Shown piece by piece: positions 38,514-49,423 of a DNA stretch of 64,000 nucleotides. The stretch is from Candidatus Fermentibacterota bacterium (GTDB lineage: Bacteria; Fermentibacterota; Fermentibacteria; Fermentibacterales; JCC-6). A model generated the notes under the pieces. That model was not told the DNA's origin and did not search any database. It saw only the letters and a list, made by a program, of their open reading frames with translations. The stretch spans positions 192,001-256,000 of the forward strand of contig CAWJQI010000001.1 of the NCBI GenBank assembly GCA_963845085.1, written 5' to 3'. A program made the translations under genes and the position numbers. Within the stretch, counting starts at the first letter, position 1. Every line of letters starts with the position of its first letter.

Positions 38514-39431
38514 ATGGTACTGCAGATGCTTCCTATTCTCCTGCTTTCCGCGCTGAATCCACTTGCACTCTTCCCCGACTCCGTTGATGTCGTGGTGCGG
38601 AACAGCATCGATGACGCCTCGATCCTGTCGGTCCACTGCATCGTGAACGGCTCCTCGACCCTGACGCGTCTATGGCAGGAGGCGCCGGTCCGGCCCGGCG
38701 AATGCGAAACCTTCCGCGTGCCATTCCGCTACCTTGGCAGGATTATTTTCGTCACCGACACGATGGGCAATTACAGAAAGGTCGCAGTTGCGCCCGCTCC
38801 TGCGGGCGACACCCTTACCGTCTCCCGCGAGGACAGGGAATTCGGCGGATTCTTCGACGTTGTCATGGGTTCGAGGCCACACGTCATAAGGAACACGTCA
38901 CCCGTTCCCCTCGCCGGGGTTTTCCTTCATGCCGACAGCGGAAGTGCTGTGAACCTCCTCGGCACAAACCCCCTCATGACCGACGAAACCATCTTTCTGT
39001 GGCTTGACCGAGACAGCATAGTGATATCGGCAGTCGACACCGAGGGCAATCCGTCCGACACGATGACCTTTGTCAGGAGCGACGCCGACAGCGTGAGGGT
39101 GATAGGCACGCTGTCCTTCATGGGGGGCGTCGAGCGGCCTGCCCCGGGGAACATCTGGGTGATAAACGGCATCAACGGCGGGCTCCTCAGCGGTATCGAG
39201 GTGTACCCGCTCGACGGCGAACCCTTCTTCATGGACCTCACCGACACACCGCTCGAACTCTGGCAGTCCGCCGTGATACCCTTCTCGGGAGAGATCGAAT
39301 ACCTGATCTGCACGGACACAGAGGGCAGAAGCTTTTCCATCAACGCAGCCGATGCCCCGACAGGCGCCTTCGTGGCGGACTGGTGGCACCTCGACTTCGA
39401 CTACAGCTTCCCCGAAAGGAGGCGCCGGTGA
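38514..39431 (+). CDS. Exported protein with three degenerate copies of the acidic repeat domain
   Basis: Hydrophobic N-terminus; units VVRNSID..VRPGE..VTDTMGNY, VIRNTS..NLLG..AVDTEGN, VINGIN..CTDTEGRSF. Confidence 0.7.
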   Translation: MVLQMLPILLLSALNPLALFPDSVDVVVRNSIDDASILSVHCIVNGSSTLTRLWQEAPVRPGECETFRVPFRYLGRIIFVTDTMGNYRKVAVAPAPAGDTLTVSREDREFGGFFDVVMGSRPHVIRNTSPVPLAGVFLHADSGSAVNLLGTNPLMTDETIFLWLDRDSIVISAVDTEGNPSDTMTFVRSDADSVRVIGTLSFMGGVERPAPGNIWVINGINGGLLSGIEVYPLDGEPFFMDLTDTPLELWQSAVIPFSGEIEYLICTDTEGRSFSINAADAPTGAFVADWWHLDFDYSFPERRRR

Positions 39432-41293
39432 ACGACTGGATGGGCCCCGGGGCGTTCCTGCAAACGCTTGCCAGGGTGGCGGTAGTCTGGCTCGCCTTCT
39501 ACGGTGCGGGCAAACTCCTGAGAAAGCCTCTCAGGGTCGACGCCGCCTTTCCCCTTCTTCCCTCCGAACTGCTTGGCATGCTGGCCTTCGTTGTGCTCAC
39601 AGTTCCCCTCTCCGTCGCGGGAATAATGAACAGAACGCTTTGCCCGCTTCTCCTTGTCGTCCTCGCCATCCCGGGCGCCCTTTTCGCCTACGGCGAACTC
39701 CGGGACAGGTCTGTCCTCCGGAAGCCCGGGGTGCTCACCGTCGTGCTATCCCTCTTCCTCGCCTTCGTCATGCTCCTGAACTTCACGAACGCCTCGATGC
39801 CCAACCTCGCCTTCGACGACCCGCTCATCACATACGCCGTGCAGCCCGACCGATGGCTGAATGCAGGCAGGATATACTGGCTCGCGGAAACGGGCTTTTC
39901 CGGCTTTCCCCTTCTCTACGAGATGACGGCGGTCTGGCCGGCATCGCTCTCGGTCGACAGGATGAACCAGCTCAGCGTGCTGCAGGTGTTCCAGATGAGC
40001 CTTCTCATCGTGACCGTTTTCAGGGGGCTCTCACTTCTCCGGGTGAAGAAGGGGCTGTGGCTGCCGGTGGCGATCATCATCCTTCTCACCACAGCGATGT
40101 ACAACTGGTGTTCGATGGCGAAAACCGACACCATGGCGATAATGTTCTGCACCCTGGCGCTTGTCTCGGCGATACGCCAGAGGGACAAGGGGTTCGAGGG
40201 CTCCCCCCTGTCCTCATGGCTCTACATGGGTATGACACTCGCAACGAAACAGACCGCCATAGTTGCGCTGGTGCCCTTTCTGCTCTACTCCGCGGGAAGT
40301 TTTGCACGGTACGCCATGAAATGGAAGGCGCTCGCCCTTGCCGCCTTCATTGCCGTTCCAGGCGCCTACGCCGTGAGAACGATGCTGAGGACCGGAAGCC
40401 CCACCTACCCGGTCAACCCGGTCGCCTCGATGGTGCGCGAGGGGTGGGAACTGGTCGAACCGCCCGAGAACACAACGGTGAACACCAGGTCGTCGTACCT
40501 GTACGAACAGAAGGATTTCCCGCTGGCGAAGCACATCGGCATCTTCTTCGCGTACATGGAGGGAAACATCCTTCTTCTTCTCGCCGGGCTGGCGGCGGCC
40601 CTCCTTCACAGAAAATGGGGCGACGCCCTTCTGACCGTGCCGCTGTTCGTGTACGGCGCCTGCGCGATAGCTGTTTTCTGGCCGCCCTGGTGGGGCTCCA
40701 AGTACTCCATACTCGTCTACCCCTTCGCAGCCATCCTCGGAGCGAAACTGCTCTCGAACTCAAGGGCGGGGCTTATCACAGCATGCATCCTCGTGATACC
40801 GTCATTCGTCATTCCGGGCTTCGTGATAGTCGCCGGCGACGGAAAGCCCTTCGAGTACCGCACTGCAGTGGCCCGATCGGTCATCCAGGGCGAATGGGCG
40901 ACGGAATCAGGCTACAGGATGTGGATGTCAACACCCGAGGGGATGACGCACATGTGGGCGAACAGCGCCATTTCGCACGAGTCGGTCATTCTCTCACTGC
41001 ACGAGGAAAAAAGGTATTTCTTCGACGGCGCCGTCATTGTGGGGTGGCGCCATTCGGTCGGCCAGAGGCTGTACCTTGAGAACAGCCTTGAAGAAGAGCT
41101 CGCGATCCTCGATACACTGGGCGTTGACTACGTCGGCTTCTACCGCGACAACCCGGCCGTTCTCGACCAGGAACGGAAGCTCGCCATCCTCGATCACATC
41201 GGTACCGGGGAGATACTTGAGCCCGTGGTAATGATCAGCGGGGGGTACCTTCTCTGCAGGTACAACCCCCCGCATGATGCGGCCGGTGAGTGA
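39428..41293 (+). CDS. Polytopic membrane protein, probable GT-C fold glycosyltransferase (ArnT/PMT-like)
   Basis: Many TM segments, acidic FDDPLITY loop, AKTD, ATKQTA, TGSPTYP, C-terminal soluble domain with LDTLGVDYV. GTG overlaps the upstream TGA. Confidence 0.6.
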   Translation: MNDWMGPGAFLQTLARVAVVWLAFYGAGKLLRKPLRVDAAFPLLPSELLGMLAFVVLTVPLSVAGIMNRTLCPLLLVVLAIPGALFAYGELRDRSVLRKPGVLTVVLSLFLAFVMLLNFTNASMPNLAFDDPLITYAVQPDRWLNAGRIYWLAETGFSGFPLLYEMTAVWPASLSVDRMNQLSVLQVFQMSLLIVTVFRGLSLLRVKKGLWLPVAIIILLTTAMYNWCSMAKTDTMAIMFCTLALVSAIRQRDKGFEGSPLSSWLYMGMTLATKQTAIVALVPFLLYSAGSFARYAMKWKALALAAFIAVPGAYAVRTMLRTGSPTYPVNPVASMVREGWELVEPPENTTVNTRSSYLYEQKDFPLAKHIGIFFAYMEGNILLLLAGLAAALLHRKWGDALLTVPLFVYGACAIAVFWPPWWGSKYSILVYPFAAILGAKLLSNSRAGLITACILVIPSFVIPGFVIVAGDGKPFEYRTAVARSVIQGEWATESGYRMWMSTPEGMTHMWANSAISHESVILSLHEEKRYFFDGAVIVGWRHSVGQRLYLENSLEEELAILDTLGVDYVGFYRDNPAVLDQERKLAILDHIGTGEILEPVVMISGGYLLCRYNPPHDAAGE

Positions 41294-41305
41294 CGGCTTT
41301 CCTGT

Positions 41306-41686
<381 letters not shown>

Positions 41687-41720
41687 AAGCCCTCCTTCCG
41701 TGCCCCTTTCACGGAATAAG

Positions 41721-41737
41721 AGCAATATCGTTGCCAA
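41721..41737 (-). promoter_or_regulatory. Sigma-54 (-24/-12) promoter of the downstream pilin
   Basis: Minus strand TTGGCAACGATATTGCT, i.e. GG-N10-GC, about 35 nt upstream of the start codon. Confidence 0.8.
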
Positions 41738-41764
41738 TGCCGGAAGCGGTTTGCGGCGCAACAT

Positions 41765-41794
41765 AAAAAAAGAGGGGGGCGAACCCCCCCCCGC
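41765..41794 (-). terminator. Rho-independent terminator between the two pilin genes
   Basis: Minus strand G9-TTCG-CCCCCCTC-TTTTTTT shortly after the stop at 41813. Confidence 0.85.
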
Positions 41795-41812
41795 TGTACG
41801 AAAAGCGTGCGC

Positions 41813-42184
41813 CTAGTTGAAATCCTGCCAGGAGGCGATACCGTTGTCGATCTGTGCCGTGGCTCGGAGCAGCCTGGGGGCAATGATGGTGAAGCTCGCG
41901 GAAGGATCCAGACCAAGAGCACCAACTGTAAGGGTGTGAGCAGCGTTGGCGCCCGGGCAGACTACGCCCGAAAGGCCGAGGTTGGCAAGAACGTTCGTGT
42001 ACACGCCGCTTGTTGCGAAGTAAATAACTTCCTGGCTGGCTACGGTGCGCATGTTGGCGCGGCAGGCGTTCCTCTTGGCAGCCTCGGAAACGTCATTGAA
42101 CTTGGGGATGGCGATTGCGGCAAGGATGCCGATGATCACCACGACGATCATGAGCTCGATGAGGGTGAAGCCCTTTTTCTTCAT
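41813..42184 (-). CDS. pilA: Type IV pilin (probable major pilin)
   Basis: MKKKG/FTLIELMIVVVIIGILAAIAIP; AAGGAG RBS; a compensated -1/+1 indel pair near 41883 and 41855 alters about 10 residues. Confidence 0.93.
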   Translation of the reverse strand: MKKKGFTLIELMIVVVIIGILAAIAIPKFNDVSEAAKRNACRANMRTVASQEVIYFATSGVYTNVLANLGLSGVVCPGANAAHTLTVGALGLDPSASFTIIAPRLLRATAQIDNGIASWQDFN

Positions 42185-42235
42185 TTCGGATCTCCTTTTC
42201 TGTTTTGCCCATGCGGACGGGTACGCTTCTGTTTA

Positions 42236-42252
42236 TGCAAACGGTTTGCCAA
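42236..42252 (-). promoter_or_regulatory. Sigma-54 (-24/-12) promoter of the upstream pilin
   Basis: Minus strand TTGGCAAACCGTTTGCA, i.e. GG-N10-GC, directly downstream of pilR. Confidence 0.82.
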
Positions 42253-42314
42253 CTCGTCAAGCCTTTTTATCCGGTTCACTCCTTTATGTAAAAGTGCTAT
42301 TGATTTTGCGGGTC

Positions 42315-42327
42315 TTGCATAATGCAA
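42315..42327. promoter_or_regulatory. Candidate PilR upstream activating sequence (palindrome)
   Basis: Perfect inverted repeat TTGCAT-A-ATGCAA about 65-75 nt upstream of the -24 element, in an AT-rich spacer. Confidence 0.5.
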
Positions 42328-42332
42328 CAGCA

Positions 42333-43695
42333 CTAACGCAATCCGTACTTGGCGAGCCTGCGGTGAAGGGTGCTCGCGTTGATGCCGAGGAGTTCGGCAG
42401 CCTTCGTCTTGTTGCCCCCGGCCCTGTTGTTCAGCGTGTAGAAGATCCAGGCCTTCTCTATCTCTTCGAGGCTCGAGGGAAGGGCTGTGTTCTCCCCCGT
42501 CCTGCGGTCCTCGGGCTCCTCCGCGCGTTCAGCGCCCCGGAAATGAGCGGGGTGGTGTTCGGGTCTTATCGTCTCCTCGACTGTCATCACGCACAGGCGC
42601 TCGACCAGGTTTTCGAGCTCCCTGACGTTGCCGGGCCAGCTGCGGTCTTCGAGGATGCGCAGGGTTTCCTCGGAGAAAGTCTTTTTAAAACCGCCGCGCT
42701 TCACGAAATGCTCGACCAGGGGCCTGATGTCGTCCCTTCGCTCCCGGAGGGGCGGCACGCGGAGGGGTATCACGTTGAGCCTGTAGAAAAGGTCCTCGCG
42801 GAATTCGCTGTTTGAGACCATTCTCTCAAGGTCGCGGTTGGTGGCGCACACGAGCCTTGCCTTGAACGGAATGGACAGGTTGCCACCGACCGGCCTCACC
42901 TGCCGCTCCTGCAACGCTCGAAGAAGCTTCACCTGCAGCTCGCGGTCCATCTCGCTCACCTCGTCGAGGAAGAACGTGCCCTCGCCGGCGGCAGTCATCA
43001 GCCCTTCCTTGTCACGGTGGGCCCCGGTGAAGCTTCCCTTCACGTGACCGAAGAGTTCGCTCTCGAGAAGGTTCCGGGAGAGGCTTCCGCAGTTTACGCC
43101 CAGGAAGGGTTTGTCGACCCTGTGGCTGTTGTAGTGGAGGGCCTTTGCGATGAGCTCCTTGCCGGTGCCGCTCTCGCCCGATGATGAGAACCGTGCTGGG
43201 CTGGTCGGCAACCTTTCTCACGCTTTCGAGAAGCTCGAGCATCGGGTTTGATGTTCCGATTATCCCCGAGAAGTCGAAATCGCGCCTTACTTCGTTCCGA
43301 AGCCTTTCATTCTCGGTCTTGACCTGCCGCTGGCTGAGCGCCTTCTCGATGGCAAGCAGCAGCTGGTCGGCCTTGAAGGGCTTCACCAGATAGTCCTCGA
43401 CGCCTTCCCTGATGGCCTTCACGGCTGTCTCGACGCTTGAGAAGGCGGTGATGAGAATGCCCGCCACCTCGGGGTCATGCGCCCTGAGCGCGCCGAAGAG
43501 CTCGAGGCCGGTCATGCCCGGCATCCTGATGTCGGTCACAAGGACGTTGGGGGCGTTCTCCTTCCCCCAGCGCAGCGCATCCGCGGGGTTCGAGAACGGG
43601 TTCACCCTGTAGCCGTTCTCCTCGAGGAGAAGGCTGAGCCATTCCAGCATGGGCTTTTCATCGTCAACAAGGAGAATGACCGGTTTGTCACTCAT
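42333..43695 (-). CDS. pilR: Sigma-54-dependent response regulator PilR (NtrC family), frameshifted as assembled near 43180
   Basis: Receiver (LLVDDE, VTDIRMPG, YLVKPF) in ORF 43012-43695 joins AAA+ (GESGTGKE, ESELFGHVKGSFTGA, FLDEV, FREDLFYRLN, WPGNVREL) and Fis HTH in ORF 42333-43211 through one extra base. Confidence 0.88.
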
Positions 43696-45259
43696 TGTTC
43701 CCCCCCGTCAAAGGCAGGACCAGTGTGGCCTTCAACCCGCCCTCGGGGCGGTTGTCGAGCTCAAGCCACCCGTTGTGCTCGCCCGCGATCCGTCTGCAGA
43801 TGAACAGGCCGAGGCCGGTTCCCTCGGGTTTCGTTGTATAGAAGGGTTCGAGCACCCTGTCCAGCCTGTTCTGGGGGATGCCCGGCCCATTGTCGGCAAC
43901 GCTGAGCCTGGCCTGTCCGCCGTCTTCGAGCAGGTCGACCTGCACAAGCCCCGCCGGCTGTGCCTCGAGAACCTCGACCGCGTTCCTTATCAGGTTGCCG
44001 AGGGCCTGCCCGAGGCGCATCGTGTTGCCCAGGACGAACAGCGGCCGGTCGGGCTCGGTGAAGCTTATGGTAACCCCGCCGGCGAAACCGTGTACGGCCG
44101 ACTCGACCATCTCCCTGGTGAACGAGGAGAGGTTCATCGGGTTCATGGGGAAGTCATCGCTGTCGCGCGCCAGGCTGAGATAGCCGTCCATCAGCTCCGA
44201 AACCCTTCGGGACTGGCTTACAATGAGGCTTGTCATCCTTTCCCTCTTGCCTTCCGGGAGTTTTCCCGAAGCAAGCATCTCGGCAGCCCCGCTGATGGCG
44301 GCCAGGGGGTTTCTGATCTCATGGGCAAGCGTGGCGCTCAGCCTGCCCACGATGGCAAGCCTTTTGCGCTCCTCGAGGGCCGCCCTGAGATTGGCCGCCT
44401 CGGTGATGTCGCTGATGACAAGCACCACCCCTCCCCCTGCCGTGTCGGAGGGGGTGAACCTGCAGTGTATGATGCGTTCGTCGATGACCATCTCCATCGA
44501 CCGGGGGGCCGCACAGTCAGTCAGGAAGTTCGCGATGGCGCTTTCTATCATGGTTCCCTGCAGGGCATCGCTGTTCCTGCCGGAAAGGCCAAGAATGTCC
44601 ACCGCCGCAGGGTTCGCCTGAAGCAGGTTGCCCCTCTGGTCGACAACAATGACGCCGTCGCGCAGGTTCTCAAGAACCTTTCTCGAACGTGCCCTCACCT
44701 CGGCCAGGTTGTCGAGCACCTGCTGGAGCCTTCCCGTCTCGGAGTAGAACATTCCGCAGAGTATGCCGCCCGCGAGCCCGCCGGCAAAAACAAGAAGGGC
44801 GTTCAGGGCCACCTGTGCGAACAGGTAGCTTGTTGAGAGCTTGTACTGGCCGGCTTCGAGAAGCGCCCCCACCATGGCGCTCTTCGCCGACGGCGGGCCG
44901 AACACCGAGAAGGCCACGCTTCCGGCCAGCACGAGAGTTGTTGCGGCCGCGGCGAGCAGCCCGCCCCTGGTTCCGAGGTAGAAACCGTATGCGAAGGCGT
45001 GAGCGACCATGAACGCAATGAAGGGGCTTTCCGCACCGCGGGAAACGGCCGTGATCACACCGAGCGCAAGGGCGTCGAAAAAGCAGAGCAGGTAGAAGGG
45101 CCACCTTGAATCCGGCGACCGCCTCATGACCGGCGTGGTGACAATGGTGACCAGCACCGCGGCCGCGCCGACCGCCACGAAGACGGGGCCCAGGTTGTCG
45201 CGCTGGAGCAGGAACGCGCCCGATACGGAGAGCATGCCGAGAACCGCGAGGCGCCCCAC
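43688..45259 (-). CDS. pilS: Sensor histidine kinase PilS
   Basis: About 5-6 N-terminal TM helices, PAS, H-box LAHEIRNPL, N/G boxes; lies between pilC and pilR. Start uncertain. Confidence 0.88.
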   Translation of the reverse strand: MGRLAVLGMLSVSGAFLLQRDNLGPVFVAVGAAAVLVTIVTTPVMRRSPDSRWPFYLLCFFDALALGVITAVSRGAESPFIAFMVAHAFAYGFYLGTRGGLLAAAATTLVLAGSVAFSVFGPPSAKSAMVGALLEAGQYKLSTSYLFAQVALNALLVFAGGLAGGILCGMFYSETGRLQQVLDNLAEVRARSRKVLENLRDGVIVVDQRGNLLQANPAAVDILGLSGRNSDALQGTMIESAIANFLTDCAAPRSMEMVIDERIIHCRFTPSDTAGGGVVLVISDITEAANLRAALEERKRLAIVGRLSATLAHEIRNPLAAISGAAEMLASGKLPEGKRERMTSLIVSQSRRVSELMDGYLSLARDSDDFPMNPMNLSSFTREMVESAVHGFAGGVTISFTEPDRPLFVLGNTMRLGQALGNLIRNAVEVLEAQPAGLVQVDLLEDGGQARLSVADNGPGIPQNRLDRVLEPFYTTKPEGTGLGLFICRRIAGEHNGWLELDNRPEGGLKATLVLPLTGGNNE

Positions 45260-45311
45260 CTGAAGCCAGGTGCGGCGCCTCGGGCTTATGCTGAAGCGGT
45301 CCTTCGCCGTG

Positions 45312-46518
45312 TCAGTTTCCCACGGCCTGGATCATGTCGAAAATGGGCAGGTACATGGCGATGACCAGTGCGCCCACGAAGCCGCCCAGGAACACGATCA
45401 TGAGGGGCTCGATGGTGCTTGCGAGGCCCGCCACCGCGGTGTTCACCTCGTCGTCGTAGAAATCGGCCACCTTCACGAGCATCTCGTCGAGACCGCCCGT
45501 CTCCTCGCCCACTGCTATCATCTGGGTGACCATCGGTCGGGAACACGCCCGACGCCTCGAGCGGGCCGGAGATGTTCTCGCCGCCCGAAATGCTGATGCG
45601 GGCGTTCTGGATGGCCTCGCTTATGACAACGTTGCCCGACGTCTTGGCGGTGATGGCGAGGCCGTCGAGGATGGCCACACCGCTTGAGATGAGCGTGCCA
45701 AGCGTGCGGGTGAAGCGTGCGATGGACATTTTGCGGTTGAGGGTGCCGAAGATGGGAATCGAGATCTTTATCGTGTCGATGATCTTCCTGCCCCCGACCG
45801 ACCTTGCGAAGAGGTTGTAAAGGATGCTGACGCCGATCACGCCGATGATGATGAACAGGATGTTCCTCTGCGCGAATTCGGAAAGGTCGACCACGAACTG
45901 CGTCATGGCCGGGCAGCTGGCCGCCGAGGTCCTCGAACATCTGCTGGAAGATGGGGATGACGAAGAGAAGCATTGCCATCGATGCCAGTATGACAACGAT
46001 GAGAACGATCATGGGGTACATCATCGCGCTTTTTATCTTGGCGTTGAGGGCTGCGCTGCTTTCAAGGTAGTCTGCGAGCCTGCCGAGGATGGTGTCGAGG
46101 ATACCGCCCTGCTCGCCGGCGGAGACCATGTTGCAGTAGAGCTCGTTGAACACCTTCGGGTGCTTTGCAAGGGCCTCGGCGAGGGTTCCGCCCTTTTCCA
46201 CCTCGTTGGTTATGTCGGCGATGACGTCTTTGAAGATGCTGTTGTCCTGCTGCCGGCGAGAATCTGAAGGCAGTTCACCAGCGGAAGACCGGCGTTTATC
46301 ATCACCGAGAACTGCCGTGTGAACGTGGCCAGTTCCTTGTTCTTCACGCCGGAACCGATCACGCCGTACTTGGCCATGTCAAAGCCGCCCTTGATGACGG
46401 TGACGGTTATGCCGCGCCGCTCAAGGAGATCCTGGGCTTCCTTCTTGTTCTTTCCCGCGATGGTTCCGGAGAGCGTTCTGCCCTGCCTGTTGGTACCCTG
46501 CCAGTGAAATTCGGCCAT
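45312..46518 (-). pseudogene. pilC: Type IV pilus platform protein PilC (T2SS F family), broken by three single-base indels as assembled
   Basis: Four consecutive ORF pieces (FTRQFSVMINAGLPL; GEQGGILD..KIKSAMMYP; ARFTRTLGTLISSGV; MIAVGEETGGLD..IEP) joined by indels near 46254 (-1), 45910 (+1) and 45537 (+1). Confidence 0.88.
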
Positions 46519-46552
46519 GTGCACCCCCCCTAAAGAGTCGTGTCCCGACCTG

Positions 46553-47627
46553 TTACATCATCTGTTCAAGCTCACGTGGGATTGGGGGAACGCTCGAGAG
46601 CCATCTCCTTCGCGATCTCCCTGTTGTTCACAAGGCGGAACAGAGCCTGGTTCATGGTCTGCATGCCGAACTTGTGCCCGGCCTGCATCATGCCGTAAAT
46701 CTGATGGAGCTTGTCCTCCCTTATGCAGGATTTGACTGCGGGAGTGCAGACAAGCACCTCGGCCGCAAGGGACCTGCCCGTGCCCCGCTGTTTCGGGATG
46801 AGCTGCTGGGTCATGACGCCCAGAAGCACGAACGAGAGCTGGCTTCGGACCTGGTCCTGCCCTTCCGCGGGGAAGGTGTCGATGATGCGGTTTATGGATT
46901 CGTACGTGGAGTTCGTGTGAAGGGTGGCCAGCGTGAGGTGACCCGTCTCGGCGATGTTCAGTGCGACCTGCATGGAATGGCGGTCACGCATCTCGCCGAT
47001 GAGGACGACGTCGGGGTCCTGCCTGAGGATGTACCGCAGCGCCTCTGTGAAGCCTTCGGTGTCGGACCCGATCTCCCTCTGGTTCACGATGCACTTGTTA
47101 TGGTGATGCACGTACTCGATGGGGTCTTCGATGGTGATTATGTGGGCCCTTCTCAGGCCGTTGACCCTGTTGATGATGGAGGCGAGCGTGGTTGTCTTGC
47201 CGCAGCCGGTCGGACCGGTCACGAGGATCAGCCCCTGCCTCTTGTCCGAAAGGGTTGCCACCACAGGCGGGAGGCCGAGTTCCTCGAAGCCGAGGATCTC
47301 GTAGGGGATCACCCTTATGGCAGTGGCGACAGCGCCCCTCTGAAGGAACACGTTCGCCCTGAAACGGGAAAGGCCCTTGATGCCGAACGCGAAGTCGAGC
47401 TCGCGCTCCAGCTCGAAACGCTTCTTCTGCTCGTCCTTCAGGAGGCTGTAGACGATGGACTGGGTTTCCTTCGGAGTGAGCGGGTCGTACTCCATTCTGA
47501 TGAGTTCGCCGTCGATACGTATCGTGGGGGGTGCTCCGACAGTAATGTGGAGGTCAGTGGCACGGCGCTCCATCATCTCCTTCAGGAGGGTTCTGATGTT
47601 GAGGCCGTGTGCTCCTTCGGCGGCCAT
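46553..47627 (-). CDS. pilT: Type IV pilus retraction ATPase PilT
   Basis: TDLHITVG, GPTGCGKTTT, TIEDPIEY, LRQDPDVVLIGEMRD, AETGHL..TLHT, GMQTMNQ. As assembled it stops at 46572; removing one base near 46577 restores PRELEQMM and the stop at 46553. Confidence 0.93.
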
Positions 47628-49415
47628 CAGGACGAGACCGCCCGGACCTGGGACTCAAGCCGGTAATTCATGGCTGCCACCTTCACTTCCTCGTCATCAT
47701 CGGCAGTAACCCTGGTCACCTCGTCGAGGGTGGTCACGCCGTTCTTGAGCTTGTCAACGGCGTCCATCCGAAGGGTTCTCATGCCGCTTCTCACCGCGAG
47801 CAGCCTGAGCTGCGCAGCGGTTTCCCTGTCAATCACCGCCTGTTTCATGGCCTTGTCAAGCGTAAGCACTTCGTACAGCCCGATCCGCCCCTTGTAACCG
47901 GAGCCGTTGCACCTCGGGCAACCCCTGCCCTTCATGGTTTTCGCCCCGGCCATCTCGGCCGGGTCGATGCCCGCTTCAATATAATCAGAGCCGGCAAAAG
48001 TGAAAGGCTCGCGGCAGTATTTACATATCTTCTTGACAAGTCTCTGGGCCATGATGGTTCGAACCGCGCTCGCCACCAGGAACGGCTTGATCCCTATGTC
48101 CACCAGGCGGTTGATGGTGCTGGGGGCATCGTTCGTGTGGATCGTGGAGAAAACGAGGTGGCCCGTGAGCGATGCCTTTATGGCGATGGATGCCGTTTCG
48201 AGGTCGCGGATCTCGCCGACCATGATGATGTTCGGGTCCTGCCTGAGGATGCTTCTGAGAGCGGTTGCGAAAGTGTACCCCATCGCGTGGTCGATCTGGG
48301 TCTGGATAATTCCGTCGATGTTGTATTCGACGGGGTCTTCCGCGGTGATGGATGTTCACGGCGGGAACGTTCAGGCTGCTGAGCGCCGAATAGAGCGTGG
48401 TTGTCTTGCCGCTGCCGGTCGGACCCGTGACAAGAACGATCCCGAATGGGGAGCTGACCCCGGCCATGAACTTCTTCAGGGCATCTTCGGGAAATCCGAG
48501 CTGTCTGAGGTCGAACTCGAGGTTGCCCCTGTCCAGGATCCGGAGAACGATCTTTTCGCCGTTGACCGTGGGGACGGCGTTCACCCGGAAGTCGATTATC
48601 CTGTTGTCGACCTTTGCCTTGATCCTGCCGTCCTGTGTGCGCCTTCTCTCCGCTATGTTCATACCCGACAATATCTTGAGCCTTGAGAGAATGGACGGCT
48701 GAACGGCCTTGGGCAGCCTGATGACCTCGTGGCAGGTGCCGTCGCGCCTGTACCGGATGCGCAGGTACTTTTCATAAGGTTCGATGTGGATGTCGCTCGA
48801 TTCGGTCTTGACGGCTTCGGCGATCATCTTGTCCACGAATTTGACGATCGGCTCCTCCTTGTCCGTGAGGAGGCTGTCGTCGGTTATTTCATCCTCGTCA
48901 TGCCCGGGGTCGAGCGAGGCGACCTCGGTCAGGCCGTCCTCCTGCTCATCGTACTGGTTGAGGGATGATTCAACGCTTACGAGGGAATCCCTGCGGCCGT
49001 AGACCTCGTCGAGGGCGCGCCGCACCGCCGATGGGCTCGATGCGTACACGATTATCTCACAGCCGGTGGCGAACTTCAACTCGTCGACCGCGTACATGTT
49101 GGCGGGCTGGGCCATGGCGACGGAAACCGTGTTGCCGTCGCGCTCGAGAGGCACGACCATGTGCTCGCGTGCGGTGCTCTCGGCGATTATCTTGGCAGCG
49201 TCGTCGGGAAACGCTGTTTCGTTGAGGTAGATGGGATCGACGCTGTAGATGTCGGCAAGGAACTCGGTGATGAGCTCTTCCGTGACCTGCCCCCGCAGCA
49301 CCATGGCCTCTGCCAGCTCGACCTCGCCCGGCCCCCACTCCCTTGCGATGTTCTCTATCTCGTCCTGGGTGGCCAGACCCGCCTGGACCAGCATCATGGA
49401 AAGCCTTGTCTGCAT
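47627..49415 (-). CDS. pilB: Type IV pilus assembly ATPase PilB (second copy, degenerate MshEN), frameshifted near 48350
   Basis: [22 protein letters not shown], then after one extra [30 protein letters not shown], CxxC..CxxC. Confidence 0.9.
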
Positions 49416-49423
49416 GAGTCTTC

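Noticed and set aside
39352..41079. 575-aa plus-strand ORF overlapping the GT-C-like gene
   Set aside because: Arg/Pro-rich alternate frame of a hydrophobic GC-rich gene; no domain signal.
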